From: Acidobacteriaceae bacterium
GTDB lineage: Bacteria > Acidobacteriota > Terriglobia > Terriglobales > Acidobacteriaceae
Direction of reading: 5' to 3'
DNA length: 64,000 bases
Assembly (NCBI GenBank): GCA_003131315.1
Contig: PKUV01000160.1
Coordinates: 59,804-123,803 of the forward strand
The notes below the pieces were generated by a model. The model was not told the origin of the DNA and searched no databases. It saw nothing but the letters and a program-made list of their open reading frames with translations. Below are positions 18,540 through 26,690 of this stretch, piece after piece. The first letter of the stretch is position 1; each line of letters starts with the position of its first letter. Both the position numbers and the translations under genes were made by a program.

Positions 18540-19046
18540 GGGCCAGATCAACCTTCCCTGTGCTTAGGAATACTGGTTCATCTTTAGAGTCTCCAAAAAG
18601 CCAACCACACCTCCCGAATCTTGCTCGTCAGACGGCGACCTGGCTCCTTGGATTTCGCGCTCAATTACGAACTGCGCCATTGTTGCGTAGTGTATACCAA
18701 CTTTTGGCGAGGCTGGTCATGTCTGCACAGCGAGAAGTCGGAGCTGAAACAACGCTATCGACACGCAACCGGACTCCTTCGACGTGGTGTGGTTCGCATC
18801 TGAGATTGTGACGACCGTGAAACTGCTCCAGGAATAAGCGGAGTTCAGGCTCCTCGATGCGAGATATATTCACGTTGTCTCAGGCGTGTTTACGCCCGTG
18901 CTCGCGAAACACTCGAAGTCGTTCTCGCTCATCGACTGCATCTCGGTCGGCGTTGATCGAATGCAGCGAAACTTCGAGCCGATGCGAAAGCAGGTAGAGG
19001 CCTGGCAGAGAAGTGACCTGACGGACGTCACCGCCAAGGTGGTCAT

Positions 19047-19352
19047 CTACGAGGCATTTATCGAGGGCAGGAAGTCAGCGAGTCCTGCCCTGTATAGGTC
19101 ATTCGCGAGATTGACGGCAAGTTGGCTTTGCTCGACCGATTCGGACAGTCGGTCGCGGCGTTCTTGTTCCTGCGAGTAGTTCACCAGAGAGTCCTGGACA
19201 TCTTCCAGAGCCTTGAGGATTACCGAGCGGTATGTAATCACCGCCTGCCGCTCCCGCGATGTTTGCACCGCGACGTTGGAACGAATTCGTCCGGCGGTAA
19301 ACACGGGCAGGCTGATTCCTGGACCAGCCGAAAAGAAATTGCCCAGCCCTAG
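19047..19352 (-). pseudogene. NodT/TolC-family outer-membrane efflux protein fragment
   Basis: GLGNFFSAGPGISLPVFTAGRIRSNVAVQTSRERQAVITYRSVILKALEDVQDSLVNYSQEQERRDRLSESVEQSQLAVNLANDLYRAGLADFLP. Only ~100 aa of a ~470-aa family are present. Confidence 0.7.
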
Positions 19353-19354
19353 GG

Positions 19355-19582
19355 TCAGATCGTGAAGTTGAGTGGCTTGGCGAACGCATGCGTTTTCACC
19401 AGTTCATCGCGCAATTGCCGCCCCGTGTAATGGACAAACACATCGTCCAAATTAGTGTTCTGCACTGTAAGTGTCTTCAGTCCCACCCCCGCCACCATCG
19501 CCATCTCCACCAGATCCCTCGTCGTGCCTGACCTATTCGCGTCAGCAACCGGAATGTCCCCACGCTCTCGTTCTGCACGCAA
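19355..19582 (-). pseudogene. ABC-transporter ATPase C-terminal fragment
   Basis: LTVQNTNLDDVFVHYTGRQLRDE is the typical C-terminal tail of ABC-2/DrrA-like ATPases. There are no Walker motifs. Confidence 0.6.
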
Positions 19583-19669
19583 CCGATGGACCTCCCCTGT
19601 ACCGCCAGCGCCGACCTCCGCAACGATGCAGTAGTTCGTTCAGGGTACCCGGCCGGCAGGCTCCGCCGG

Positions 19670-21232
19670 CTACCCTGTTTGGAACACAGTGTCGAGCACC
19701 GTGCCATCCACCCACTTCACCACCGCCACCGGACGATCCCCCAACTTCGGCCGGGCCGGCTTGCCGCCGCAAATCTTCTCCACTTCTGCCTTGATGTCCT
19801 GAATGGGCCTAATCGACAGGCTTGATCCCTTCACCACATCCAGCAAGTCCGGGCGATTGGGATTGATCGAAATCCCTCGCTCCGTGACCACCACGTCAAT
19901 CATCTCCCCCGGGCCTGTCAGCGTGGTTACTTCATCCACAATCACGGGAATGCGGTTGCGAAACGAAGGCAACGCCAGGATCGTGCAGCCTGCTTCCAGG
20001 CAGTTCTGCCAACCGCCAATGCCGTGCATCAGTCGCCCATCTGAGTGTGTGACCACATTAGCGTTGAAGTTCACGTCCACTTCTGTAGCGCCCAACACCA
20101 CGGCATCCACCAGAGAAGCAAAGGAGCCTTTGCCGTGATAGTTGTATGACGTAAACGGCGAGGTCGCCACGTGCCGCGGATCATTCCCAATCGACTTCAC
20201 TCCATCGAGATCAATTGTCTGGCCATCGAGAATATAGTCGGTCAAGCCTTCCTGCAAGAGATCCACCAGATATTTCGTTGATCCGCCACGCACGAAGCGC
20301 GCCTTAACGCCATCTTCCTTCATCATGCGCCGCAGATAATCAACGAATGCAAGCGAAATCCCTCCTGCGCCGGCCTGGAACGAAAAGCCATTGCGCATAA
20401 TTCCGGATTCCCGCAGGAACCGCGCTACAAACTCTGCAATGCGCAATCGGTCGGGAGCGCGTGTGATCTGCGTCGTTCCCGAGACGATCTTCGCCGGATT
20501 GCCGATAGACTCGACTTCCACCACGCAATCCACATTGTTGCCCTGGATCTGCCATGGAATACACGGAAAAGGCACGAGCGTGTCAGTCACCACGATTACG
20601 GCGTCGGCATAAATGGAATCCGCTAAAGCAAACCCCAGCGACCCGCAAGCCGACTTCCCATGCGAGCCATCGGCATTGCCGAACGCGTCTGCCATGGGTG
20701 CAGCGATTACCGCAATATCAATATGAACTTCACCATCTTGCACCGCCTGCCAGCGCCCCCCATGAGAACGCAGTACGCCCATCCCACGCATTTTCCCCTG
20801 TGTGCAGTAATCGCCCAGGGGGCCGTTCATGGAACCTTCAATGTGATGAATCACGCCCTTTTCCATGAGTTCAATTGCGCCCTGTTGGGACGGAAACGAC
20901 GCGCTGGGAAACCACATCAAGTCCTTCACTCCGACTTTTTCTGCAGCGGCGAGCGCCATGAGCGCGACGCGGTCACCGTCACGCAGATGATGGTGGTTCG
21001 AGATGACCATCCCATCGCGCAGCCCACATTTGCGCAATGCGGTCTCAATGTCCACAACTCGTTTGTCACCATTTTGGGGATAGTCCTTGTTCGAGCGCAC
21101 CAGCGGGGCAGCCTTGCGCCCGCGGGGCTGATATTTGCCCACGCCAAGATAAGGAATCTGCGGCTTGCCATTCACCATGGTGGGAACCATCCGTCCCGCC
21201 GCGTTCTGCACCATATCGATTCGATCACTCAT
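19670..21232 (-). CDS. citF: citrate lyase alpha-subunit-like CoA-transferase (CitF family)
   Basis: 520 aa. N-terminus reads ...AGRMVPTMVNGKPQIPYLG...VVDIETALRKCGLRDGMVISNHHHLRDGD. Both length and motifs are typical of CitF. Confidence 0.8.
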   Translation of the reverse strand: MSDRIDMVQNAAGRMVPTMVNGKPQIPYLGVGKYQPRGRKAAPLVRSNKDYPQNGDKRVVDIETALRKCGLRDGMVISNHHHLRDGDRVALMALAAAEKVGVKDLMWFPSASFPSQQGAIELMEKGVIHHIEGSMNGPLGDYCTQGKMRGMGVLRSHGGRWQAVQDGEVHIDIAVIAAPMADAFGNADGSHGKSACGSLGFALADSIYADAVIVVTDTLVPFPCIPWQIQGNNVDCVVEVESIGNPAKIVSGTTQITRAPDRLRIAEFVARFLRESGIMRNGFSFQAGAGGISLAFVDYLRRMMKEDGVKARFVRGGSTKYLVDLLQEGLTDYILDGQTIDLDGVKSIGNDPRHVATSPFTSYNYHGKGSFASLVDAVVLGATEVDVNFNANVVTHSDGRLMHGIGGWQNCLEAGCTILALPSFRNRIPVIVDEVTTLTGPGEMIDVVVTERGISINPNRPDLLDVVKGSSLSIRPIQDIKAEVEKICGGKPARPKLGDRPVAVVKWVDGTVLDTVFQTG

Positions 21233-21544
21233 TCATTTTCCCTAAGTTTCTCCGATGGCACGTGGGAACTGGCACCTCGCCCGTGCAGTCGAGTCAAGAT
21301 CACCCCACTGGACTACAATTTCCCCACCGTAGTCATTTCTCCACCCGTTTGCGACGCTCCCTCCAATACCCGCGAGCTTTCATGATCTCTGCCTGCGTGG
21401 GGGTAAAACACCCCCATGAATTACCCAAATCTGTTCGAGATGAATGCGCCCGCGCCCTCAAATCCCATGACACGGGAATTTTTTTCCCTCGCTGGATGTC
21501 CGCCACATCGCCCGAGACCGACGGCGGAGCAAAGCTAAGCCGGT

Positions 21545-22201
21545 TTACTTCAGCCGAGATTGGTGCATTTCACTACACTCGGGGACCCTTCCCAGTCGGT
21601 GCATGGTGTCAACAATCATTTCCACAACTTGGTCGTCACCTATTGTGGTGTTGACCATCAGGTGGTAAAGGACGCGAGTAGGCCAGTCCGATCGGAAATA
21701 ATATTTCACGAAGGCCATCCTTTCGCGATCAACGATGTCAATTAATTGCCTCGCTTCCGTTTCATTTCTTCCATCTGCAACGATGCGGCGGACTTTTTCC
21801 AAGTGTGGAGCATAAAGAAAGATATGAAACGTGTCGCTTCGGTGCCTTAAGAAGTATGGCGCACCGCGGCCAACTATGACGCTATTGCCCTCTTCGGCCA
21901 CTTTCAGCGCAAGCCTTTCCATCAGGGATACCATGCAGTCGGCATCGAATATCTGAGACTCGGCAAGTGAAGTGCCACGTTCATGACTCCCCCGAAAAAA
22001 CATTTTGGCGAGGCGGTACAATCGGCCATCCAGTTTTTCATCACGGCTGTCCACGACTGCACAGTCAACCTGAGCCATCTTCGCTATTTCTTGACTCAAC
22101 AGATGATCCCAGAGCTTCCAGCCCAACCGAGCAGCTAACTTCCTCGCAATAGCCCCGCCGCCGCAGCCGTATTCGCGTTCTATAGTGATGACCCTAAACA
22201 C
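21545..22201 (-). CDS. cytidylate-kinase-like family (P-loop) protein
   Basis: VFRVITIEREYGCGGGAIARKLAARLGW. AGGAGGGG lies 8 nt upstream of the GTG at 22201. The ORF track starts at 22231. Confidence 0.7.
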   Translation of the reverse strand: MFRVITIEREYGCGGGAIARKLAARLGWKLWDHLLSQEIAKMAQVDCAVVDSRDEKLDGRLYRLAKMFFRGSHERGTSLAESQIFDADCMVSLMERLALKVAEEGNSVIVGRGAPYFLRHRSDTFHIFLYAPHLEKVRRIVADGRNETEARQLIDIVDRERMAFVKYYFRSDWPTRVLYHLMVNTTIGDDQVVEMIVDTMHRLGRVPECSEMHQSRLK

Positions 22202-22232
22202 AGTTGTGGCCCCTCCTGAGAACTGCGTCACT

Positions 22233-22298
22233 GTTCGTACATCAAAATAGTGCAGAAGCAGAAAGGTTCGTACATCAAAATAGTGCAGAAGCAGAAAG
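22233..22298. repeat. perfect 33-bp tandem duplication (2 copies)
   Basis: GTTCGTACATCAAAATAGTGCAGAAGCAGAAAG occurs at 22233-22265 and again at 22266-22298, just upstream of the cytidylate-kinase-like gene. Confidence 0.95.
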
Positions 22299-22542
22299 GC
22301 CGCTCAGTTCAGTGGGTTTGAAAACCCTCTCCCAAGCCGCACCCGCATTGGGGCCGACCGCCCGACCTTGCCCTTTTTGGGTCACTGACGTCCTCGGCAG
22401 CTCCTAGCATCGTAAATTTGATTTTCTACCCGTTCATCCTGACTGATGGAAGCGAGTGTTGTGACTCTGTCAACCGCAAAGCGCCTTCCTTGTCGGGGGA
22501 ATGCAATTACATGGCTGTCGCAACGCGGTTAGTGTAGACCGT

Positions 22543-22572
22543 TTGTCAACTGTTTGACAACTACGACAGTTG
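22543..22572. promoter_or_regulatory. nested inverted repeats (candidate operator)
   Basis: TTGTCAA-CTGT-TTGACAA lies at 22543-22560. It overlaps CAACTGT (22547-22553) ... ACAGTTG (22566-22572). TGTTTG occurs three times nearby. Confidence 0.45.
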
Positions 22573-22766
22573 TTTGTATGCTGTGTCGGCGTCGAATCAG
22601 TGTAGGCAACGCTGCAGATTTCTACGCCAAACGACTGGATCGGCAAGAACCGCTCGCAACGCTTAAGTTGCGCTGCGGAGCGCCGAACGGGTATTTTGCG
22701 ATCGCGAAGCAAGATGGCGTTCGGCTGTGTGTCGCGCAGATCGCTCCTGTGGTTAGTTCGTTCTTT

Positions 22767-23588
22767 ATGAAGGGCTCTCCCCGCAAAACGGCAATCTCGT
22801 GGGTCGAATCGGATCGTATTCTGCTGCGAGGGTATCCGATCGATGCGCTCGTGGGAAATGTATCGTGGGCAGCAGCAGTTTACCTTGCGCTGGTCGGGGA
22901 AATACCGAATCCACGGATAGCGCGGCTTCTGGAGGGCATTCTGGTCTCAGTCATCGATCATGGCCCAACCCCCGCATCCACTCTCGCAGCGTGTACAGTG
23001 GCTAGCACCGGGTCGCCGTTAGCTAGTTCTGTGGCAGCCGGGCTCCTTGCGATAGCGAAGTCTCACGGCGGGGCAATTGAAGATTGCATGAGCGTGCTGG
23101 AGCGTTGTGTGGGCCTGAAACAAGATCCGGCTACGGCCGCTGCCAAAGTGGCACGCGAGTACCGGGAACAGGCGATTAGGGTTCCCGGGTTTGGTCATCG
23201 GCAACATTCGGCGGATCCTCGTAGTATCCGATTGCTCGACCTGGCTCGCGAGCTCGATTTGTTCGGAAACTATGTCGCCCATGCACAAGCCATGGAGGAT
23301 GTTCTGTCTAGAATTGCAGGCAAGCGATTACCGCTCAATGCAGACGGAGCGATAGCTGCTCTGCTCTGCGAGATTGCATTCCCGAAAACAGCCGCGAACG
23401 GAATCTTTATGATCGCCAGGATTCCGGGCTTGGTAGCGCACTGCCTTGAAGAGCAGGCGCGTAACCTTCCGCTGCGCGCCATCGATCCGGCTGCCTATGA
23501 ATATGATGGCCCCCCCGAGCGCAGTCTCGGTGGACAGAAGCACACACCAGAAAATGCGGTCGGAGAGTCCAAGGGAATGCAACCGTGA
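22767..23588 (+). CDS. citrate-synthase-family protein, short citryl-CoA-lyase-like form
   Basis: 273 aa. ILLRGYPIDALVG...VIDHGPTPAS...VPGFGHRQHSADPR...IARIPGLVAHCLEEQ. The start at MKGSPRK was chosen over the longer 22554 frame. Confidence 0.75.
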   Translation: MKGSPRKTAISWVESDRILLRGYPIDALVGNVSWAAAVYLALVGEIPNPRIARLLEGILVSVIDHGPTPASTLAACTVASTGSPLASSVAAGLLAIAKSHGGAIEDCMSVLERCVGLKQDPATAAAKVAREYREQAIRVPGFGHRQHSADPRSIRLLDLARELDLFGNYVAHAQAMEDVLSRIAGKRLPLNADGAIAALLCEIAFPKTAANGIFMIARIPGLVAHCLEEQARNLPLRAIDPAAYEYDGPPERSLGGQKHTPENAVGESKGMQP

Positions 23589-25036
23589 GTCGCTTCGACC
23601 TGGTCATAAAAAACGGCACTCTGGTGATCCCATACACCGGCCTGGTACAAGCAGATGTTGGCGTTAAAGATGGGCGCATTGCAGCGATAGGAGAAAGCAT
23701 AGCCGCAAATGAGGCGGAGACGCTCGTTCAAGCTCGCGGCAAGATGGTGTTTCCGGGCGCGGTGGATTCCCACTATCACGTCGGCATCTACCGCCCATTT
23801 TCAAAGGACGCGGAATCCGAATCTCGATCTTCTTTGGTTGGTGGCGTCACCACGCTTCTCAGCTATTTCAGAACCGGCCACCACTACCTCGATAAGTCCG
23901 GTCCATATCGCGAAATTTTTCCACAAGTGCTCGAACTCTCTGAAGGGCACTTCTATACGGACTATGGATTTCATCTGGCGATCATGACTGCGGAGCAGTT
24001 GCTCGAGGTCGATGATCTCATCGATACATTTGGCGTCGGCTCTTTTAAGTTTTACATGTTCTACAAAGGCTTGAATTTATCCGCGGACTCGACGCGCGGA
24101 AACGATTACACCATGGCCGACAATTACGATCTTGGCCACCTCTACTTGCTCATGGAGAGAGTTTCCGCCGCTTCCCGTAAGCACGCGGACAAGGGGAGGA
24201 TTGCGCTTAGTCTTCATTGCGAAAATCCTGAATTAATCCGCGTTTTTATTGAAAGAGTCAAACGGGAGGGTAGGCGAGGGCTGGAAGCCTACAGCGAAGC
24301 GCGCCCTCCGTTGAGTGAGCGCTTATCCATTGTGGAGGCGGTATTGCTAGCCGAGGCTACGAGATGCCCGATCAATCTCCTGCACCTGAGCAGCAGGCAG
24401 GCACTCGAAGCTGGCATCAGGTCGCGCCGGGAACATCCCGAGCTCGACATTGTCTTGGAAACTACACTTCATCACCTAACTCTGACCTGCGAAACCGCAG
24501 GCGGCATGATCGGTAAAGTTAATCCCCCGATTCGGGGGCAAGAGGATATCAATTATTTATGGGAAGGTATTGCCAACGGGGAAATCGATACTGTGGTCAG
24601 CGATCACGCGTGTTGCATGGAAGAAGATAAACGAGAAGACGATCTGTGGGGCTCGCTGCCCGGCTTTGGTGGATCGTCTCTCCTGTATCCGACGCTGATC
24701 TCCGAGGGATTCCATAAGCGCAATGTCCCTCTTACGCGCATCAGCGAAATCGCTTCGGCCAACCCGGCCCGCCATTTTGGATTATTTCCTCGCAAAGGAA
24801 CGTTGGCGGTGGGCGCCGACGCCGACTTTGCAGTCATTGATCTGCACCAGACTCAGGCGGTGAATGCTGATTTGCTGCAGTCAGCACAGGATTTCACGCC
24901 GTTTGCCGGAATAAAGATCAAAGGCTGGCCAACGGAAACCATATTGCGGGGTGAAATAATGATGAAGGATGCGAAAGTTACGGCGAAACCCCGCGGACGG
25001 TACCTTCGCCGCCCTATCGAACTGCACAAGGGCTAG
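23585..25036 (+). CDS. cyclic amidohydrolase (D-hydantoinase/dihydropyrimidinase/allantoinase-like)
   Basis: GAVDSHYHVG (HxH), SFKFYMFYKG (carbamylated-Lys context), LHCEN, LLHLSS and VSDHACC. The GTGA start/stop overlaps the previous gene. Confidence 0.85.
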   Translation: MSRFDLVIKNGTLVIPYTGLVQADVGVKDGRIAAIGESIAANEAETLVQARGKMVFPGAVDSHYHVGIYRPFSKDAESESRSSLVGGVTTLLSYFRTGHHYLDKSGPYREIFPQVLELSEGHFYTDYGFHLAIMTAEQLLEVDDLIDTFGVGSFKFYMFYKGLNLSADSTRGNDYTMADNYDLGHLYLLMERVSAASRKHADKGRIALSLHCENPELIRVFIERVKREGRRGLEAYSEARPPLSERLSIVEAVLLAEATRCPINLLHLSSRQALEAGIRSRREHPELDIVLETTLHHLTLTCETAGGMIGKVNPPIRGQEDINYLWEGIANGEIDTVVSDHACCMEEDKREDDLWGSLPGFGGSSLLYPTLISEGFHKRNVPLTRISEIASANPARHFGLFPRKGTLAVGADADFAVIDLHQTQAVNADLLQSAQDFTPFAGIKIKGWPTETILRGEIMMKDAKVTAKPRGRYLRRPIELHKG

Positions 25037-25087
25037 CGTCAGCGGATTTCAGTTCAGCGGCATCGGGAAGATTCATGAAACTTTTTC

Positions 25088-25163
25088 TTGACAAAGGGCG
25101 CCTCTCCCATGAAAATCAGCACCTAGTGACAAGTGTTTGAAACAGAAAACAGTGGAAAACAGT
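25088..25163 (+). promoter_or_regulatory. candidate promoter and operator of duplicated module A
   Basis: TTGACA (25088-25093), then 17 nt, then GAAAAT (25111-25116). Next come the palindrome TGTTTgAAACA (25134-25144) and GAAAACAGT twice (25145, 25155). Confidence 0.35.
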
Positions 25164-25229
25164 CTAGGCACCAGGAAATCCAGAGGTATTTGGACAACAG
25201 AGATGTCTTCACGAGTACAGGGGGATCCA

Positions 25230-26660
25230 ATGGCAGGCGAAAAGATAACCGCGATTGAAGCCACGTATGTGATGGTGCCAGACAACGGTTCGCAGACGAT
25301 ACTGCGCGACAAGACGGTAGTGGTGGAAGGGGACCGGATCAAGGAAGTGAGCGATCACTACGACGGTCCCGTGGATCGCCGGATCAAAGCGGAGGGCCGC
25401 CTGCTCTCTCCCGGTTTCATTAATTGTCATACACATGTGGGGTGCGCCACGTACTCACGTGGGATGGCCGAGGATCGCGACCTGGTCGAAGGCAGTGCCT
25501 TCTACCATTATTTCGTCCCGTTGCTGACAATTGGCTATAAGCATTTCACGCCTGACGAAATGTCGGCTCTCCTGGAATGGGACATTCTGGAGATGATCAA
25601 GAAGGGTTCTACCACAATTCTGGAAGAGAATTTTGGTGGTTACGACAGCGTCATCGAAATTGTGAACCGACTGGGGAACCGAGCCTACATTAGCTACAGC
25701 TATCCCAACCAAGTCAGCAAGATCGGCTACCTCAAAGACGGTAAGCTGTGCTATGACAAGCCGGATCCGATTGAGGTGGGCAAGGGTCTGAGACGGGGCC
25801 TGGAAATGTATGACAAATACAATGGGTCTGCTTCGGATCGAATCCGCGTGCGACTGAGTCCCACGGGTCCGGACACGTGTCCCCCAGAGGTCTTGAGGGA
25901 CACGCGAAAAGCCGCTGACCGACTCGGTTGTGGCATCAGTATCCACGCCGCACACCATTCCACTGAGGTGAATTTTTGCAGGAACGTCTTCAATGCCAGT
26001 CCGATCGAGCATTTGGCGAATACGGGCATTTTAGGTCCGGATACGATCATTACTCACGTTACCTACACTGACGAAAAAGACCGAAACCTGCTCGCAGCGT
26101 CGAATTCCACTGTAGTCCACTGTTCCTACCGTAAGGCGCGCGAGGCAGTCATCAGCCCCTATCATGAGTACGTTGAGAAAGGGATCAACGTCGCGCTCGG
26201 GACAGACTCTTTTTCGAGTGATATCACCGAGACCATCAAAATGGCCGGGGTACTGGGCAAGATCCGCATGGAGCGTGTTGGAGTCCCCACGGCCGTGGAA
26301 GTCATGGGCTCGGCTACATTGTCGGGGGCAAAAGGGTTGGGCCGCGATGATATCGGTCAAATCAAGGCTGGCGCGAAAGCCGATATGGTGCTGATCGACC
26401 TCACTAAGACCCACAACTTTCCTGTGATAGAGCCAATCAAGAACTTTGTCTACTATTCCTTCGGCACCGACGTGGAGACCGTCATGATCAACGGCAAAAT
26501 CGTCATCGAAAACGGCATCGCACTGACCACCGACGAGTCGGCACTTCGCAAGCGAGTGCAGGCAGCCGCGGACCGCATTTGGGCGATTGCTGCCCGCGAA
26601 GGGGCGCTGCCGGGTGTTTCGTTTGTCCCGAGTAAGAAAACAGAGCCGGTGACCGTATAG
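25230..26660 (+). CDS. Amidohydro_1 deaminase/chlorohydrolase-like amidohydrolase (module A)
   Basis: GFINCHTHVG (HxH), ISIHAAHH and ALGTDS. It resembles the cytosine/guanine/MTA-deaminase and TrzA/AtzA group, and is roughly 60% identical by eye to 32221-33660. Confidence 0.85.
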   Translation: MAGEKITAIEATYVMVPDNGSQTILRDKTVVVEGDRIKEVSDHYDGPVDRRIKAEGRLLSPGFINCHTHVGCATYSRGMAEDRDLVEGSAFYHYFVPLLTIGYKHFTPDEMSALLEWDILEMIKKGSTTILEENFGGYDSVIEIVNRLGNRAYISYSYPNQVSKIGYLKDGKLCYDKPDPIEVGKGLRRGLEMYDKYNGSASDRIRVRLSPTGPDTCPPEVLRDTRKAADRLGCGISIHAAHHSTEVNFCRNVFNASPIEHLANTGILGPDTIITHVTYTDEKDRNLLAASNSTVVHCSYRKAREAVISPYHEYVEKGINVALGTDSFSSDITETIKMAGVLGKIRMERVGVPTAVEVMGSATLSGAKGLGRDDIGQIKAGAKADMVLIDLTKTHNFPVIEPIKNFVYYSFGTDVETVMINGKIVIENGIALTTDESALRKRVQAAADRIWAIAAREGALPGVSFVPSKKTEPVTV

Positions 26661-26690
26661 ATCGAGAGTCTGGGCAGGAAGGATGAAAAG

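Noticed and set aside
18540-19046. ORFs 18661-18873 (-), 18886-19179 (+) and a minus-frame peptide ...LYLLSHRLEVSLHSINADRDAVDERERLRVFREHGRKHA, considered as a toxin-antitoxin pair or transposase fragment
   Set aside because: I cannot match any of them to a family from memory. The frames overlap each other and sit in a region full of gene fragments. They are left unannotated.
21256-21275. TGGCAC...TGGCAC as a sigma-54 promoter for citF
   Set aside because: The motif is on the plus strand while citF is on the minus strand. There is no TTGC -12 element at the required spacing. It is just a 6-bp direct repeat 14 bp apart.
21398-21414. The hairpin GGGGGT-AAAAC-ACCCCC as a terminator of the cytidylate-kinase-like gene
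   Set aside because: No U-tract follows on the transcribed (minus) strand, and the stem is short. There is not enough evidence to call it an intrinsic terminator.
22233-22298. The 33-bp repeat as a possible CRISPR array
   Set aside because: There are only two copies. They are directly adjacent with no spacers, and there are no cas genes in the window. It is a simple tandem duplication.
22554-22766. The upstream 71-codon extension of the citryl-CoA-lyase-like ORF
   Set aside because: The extension is Cys/Arg-rich and overlaps the palindromic operator region. The family normally starts close to the ...ILLRGYPI... block, so ATG at 22767 is preferred.
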